Positions 22,891 to 24,000 of a stretch of DNA of 24,000 bases are shown piece by piece; the stretch's first letter is position 1; each line of letters starts with the position of its first letter. Location of the stretch: NCBI GenBank assembly GCA_030597245.1, contig JAUVSF010000012.1, positions 3,592-27,591 of the forward strand, in the 5' to 3' direction. Origin of the DNA: Acidobacteriota bacterium. Lineage in GTDB: Bacteria; Acidobacteriota; UBA6911; RPQK01; JAPXNP01. A model generated the notes under the pieces. The model had not been told where the DNA came from. It worked only from the letters and a program-made list of their open reading frames with translations, and made no database searches. The position numbers were made by a program, and so were the translations under genes.

Positions 22891-23073
22891 TCAAGATTTC
22901 ACTCGATAATCATCCTCCTGGCAAACCCAATACATGCCACCCGGCTGGAAAGCGGAGCGGATAACCTTGGTAGCTACCATGGGTGATCCACACTGCGGGC
23001 AATCGCGGCCGCCACCAGCCGCTCCCTTTTTTCCAAGACTAGCCCTCGCTGTTTTGCTAATTTTTTCTGCCAT
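22891..23073 (-). CDS. small (60 aa) zinc-ribbon-like protein with a Lys/Gly-rich N-terminal tail; function unknown
   Basis: Strong SD GAGGAGGA 7 nt upstream of the ATG, and its own downstream terminator. Sequence: MAEKISKTARASLGKKGAAGGGRDCPQCGSPMVATKVIRSAFQPGGMYWVCQEDDYRVKS, with a CPQC knuckle plus one later Cys. Confidence 0.7.
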   Translation of the reverse strand: MAEKISKTARASLGKKGAAGGGRDCPQCGSPMVATKVIRSAFQPGGMYWVCQEDDYRVKS

Positions 23074-23125
23074 TTCGAAGTCCTCCTCTTATTGACGTTC
23101 TCTTCTCTACAAAAACCTGCACACG

Positions 23126-23159
23126 AAAAAAGCCGTACCCAACCCAGATCGGGCACGGC
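23126..23159 (-). terminator. Rho-independent terminator between the sigma-factor gene and the small ORF
   Basis: Minus strand: GCCGTGCCC-gatctgggtt-GGGTACGGC (9 bp including one G-U), followed by TTTTTT (plus-strand A6 at 23126-23131). Confidence 0.7.
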
Positions 23160-23170
23160 GGAAAATCGAA

Positions 23171-23198
23171 ATCATACATTCGAATTCTCGAAAGTCAA
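23171..23198 (-). promoter_or_regulatory. sigma70-like promoter candidate TTGACT-N16-TATGAT
   Basis: Minus strand: -35 TTGACT (23198-23193), a 16-nt spacer, -10 TATGAT (23176-23171), with a T/A-rich tract upstream. It overlaps the palindrome at 23179-23225. The predicted TSS lies only ~5-10 nt before the terminator stem, so function is uncertain. Confidence 0.4.
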
Positions 23199-23225
23199 GA
23201 AAAAACTTGATTTTGAGAATTCGAA
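23179..23225. promoter_or_regulatory. 47-bp near-perfect palindrome (operator or hairpin candidate)
   Basis: TTCGAATTCTC-gaaag-TCAAG-aaaaaa-CTTGA-tttt-GAGAATTCGAA. The outer 11-bp arms and inner 5-bp arms are both perfect. A third GAATTC core lies at 23236-23241. Confidence 0.6.
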
Positions 23226-23295
23226 AGAAACGCCCGAATTCACTGGATATGACGCCAGCCTGGAGAAAAGGTTTCAAAGAAATGGGAATCCGTTG

Positions 23296-24000
23296 TCAGC
23301 TGAGAAGTCCGAACTCGACGTCCGTAACTCCAGACAGAGCAGACTCCATGTATTCCTTGATTCTCTTGATGAGTGCCTTCTCGTTCAAGCGAATCGCTTC
23401 ACGCGTCACGCCATACTGCTCAGCGATTTGTTGCAGTGTCAGAGGCTCCTCTGCGACGAGGCGCTCTTTGAGTATCTTCAGCTCTCTTTCATTGAGCGTC
23501 GCCGAGAACTCTTCCAGCTTCTCATTGAACAACTGCTGGAGCTCGCCACGCGCCAGTTGTTCATCCACCTGCTCTTCAGCCGCTCTCAGCGTATCTGAGT
23601 AACGAAGCTTCTGATCGTCTCCCACATACGCGTCCAAGCTGAGATCTGAAGATTCGATGTTACTCTCAACGGCCCTTACATCGTCGACCGTTACGTTCAG
23701 CCGTCTAGCCAGGAGCTGGTGCGTTGGTTCAATACCCTGCAGGCGAAGCTTCTCCTTTTCTTTTTTCAAGTTGAAAAGCAGACGTCGGCGTTCGTTAGTC
23801 GTGCCAATCCTGACAATTCGAAAGTTATCGATGATGAACTTGATAATGTAGGCTTTGATCCACCACGAAGCGTAGGTTGGGAGGCGATTCCCTTTGTAAG
23901 GGTCAAACCGTGTCACCGCTTTCATAAGTCCGATGTTGCCCTCCTGAATCAAGTCGATCACGTTGTGATAAACGCGGTTGTACAACCTCGCAATCTTGAC
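23296..24000 (-). CDS. rpoH: sigma-70 family RNA polymerase sigma factor, RpoH (sigma-32)-like; 5' end outside the window
   Basis: The frame stays open to the window edge (VKIARLYNRV...). Region 2: DLIQEGNIGLMKAVTRFDPYKGNRLPTYASWWIKAYI. RpoH-box-like ERRRLLFNLKKEKEKL. Region 4 HTH: LTLQQIAEQYGVTREAIRLNEKALIKRI. The sigma-70 family call is firm; the RpoH subfamily call is moderate. Confidence 0.8.
   Translation of the reverse strand, partial: VKIARLYNRVYHNVIDLIQEGNIGLMKAVTRFDPYKGNRLPTYASWWIKAYIIKFIIDNFRIVRIGTTNERRRLLFNLKKEKEKLRLQGIEPTHQLLARRLNVTVDDVRAVESNIESSDLSLDAYVGDDQKLRYSDTLRAAEEQVDEQLARGELQQLFNEKLEEFSATLNERELKILKERLVAEEPLTLQQIAEQYGVTREAIRLNEKALIKRIKEYMESALSGVTDVEFGLLS

Noticed and set aside
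22719-22964. 81-aa plus-strand ORF across the queA-side spacer
   Set aside because: It is translated through the heptamer arrays and the minus-strand terminator and runs antisense into the well-supported 60-aa gene. No SD.
23092-23602. 168-aa and 131-aa plus-strand ORFs
   Set aside because: They are antisense to the clearly recognisable sigma-factor gene and cross the regulatory spacer, with shadow-ORF composition.
1-24000. Cyanobacterial origin, suggested by STRR-like heptamers
   Set aside because: I saw only two GCGATCGC (HIP1) sites in 24 kb. The window has an RpoH-type sigma factor and moderately high GC, and nothing specifically cyanobacterial among the genes. The lineage is left undetermined.

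Overview
Gene-dense, moderately GC-rich bacterial chromosomal window (lineage not determinable from sequence alone), mostly housekeeping genes. Minus strand: a partial TraB-family gene ATGA-coupled to an FAD/NAD(P) oxidoreductase, an MgS/GgS-like GT-A glycosyltransferase, a tRNA-dihydrouridine synthase, a PduO-type corrinoid adenosyltransferase, a canonical addB-addA pair (Fe-S/nuclease AddB plus UvrD-type helicase-nuclease AddA), an orphan 196-aa acidic protein, an SDR reductase, a 60-aa zinc-ribbon-like protein and a 5'-truncated RpoH-like sigma factor. Plus strand: L-lactate permease, Maf, an alpha/beta hydrolase ATGA-coupled to a HAD phosphatase, a membrane-anchored alpha/beta hydrolase, a TPR lipoprotein, RtcB RNA ligase plus archease, and QueA. 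I found no tRNA/rRNA, CRISPR, transposase or integrase, and no convincing new multi-gene protein system. The helicase-nuclease pair is ordinary AddAB. What the gene map does not explain is non-coding. Spacers containing gene 3' ends carry tandem arrays of heptanucleotide units (about 5 units per block, several unit families: GGTRATC/GATYACC, CGAACGA, CTACTTA, CAAATGT, GCTCGAA/AGCTTCG). The blocks occur as reverse-complement partners that form long fold-backs, and in one case they bracket a whole gene (pduO) in mirror order. This resembles the STRR heptamer repeats of heterocystous cyanobacteria, but the gene context here does not look cyanobacterial. Secondary leads are a palindrome/promoter/terminator leader between the RpoH-like gene and the small zinc-ribbon ORF, a long structured spacer after rtcB-archease, and the orphan acidic protein. 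All calls come from reading the sequence and recalling family motifs; no searches were run.
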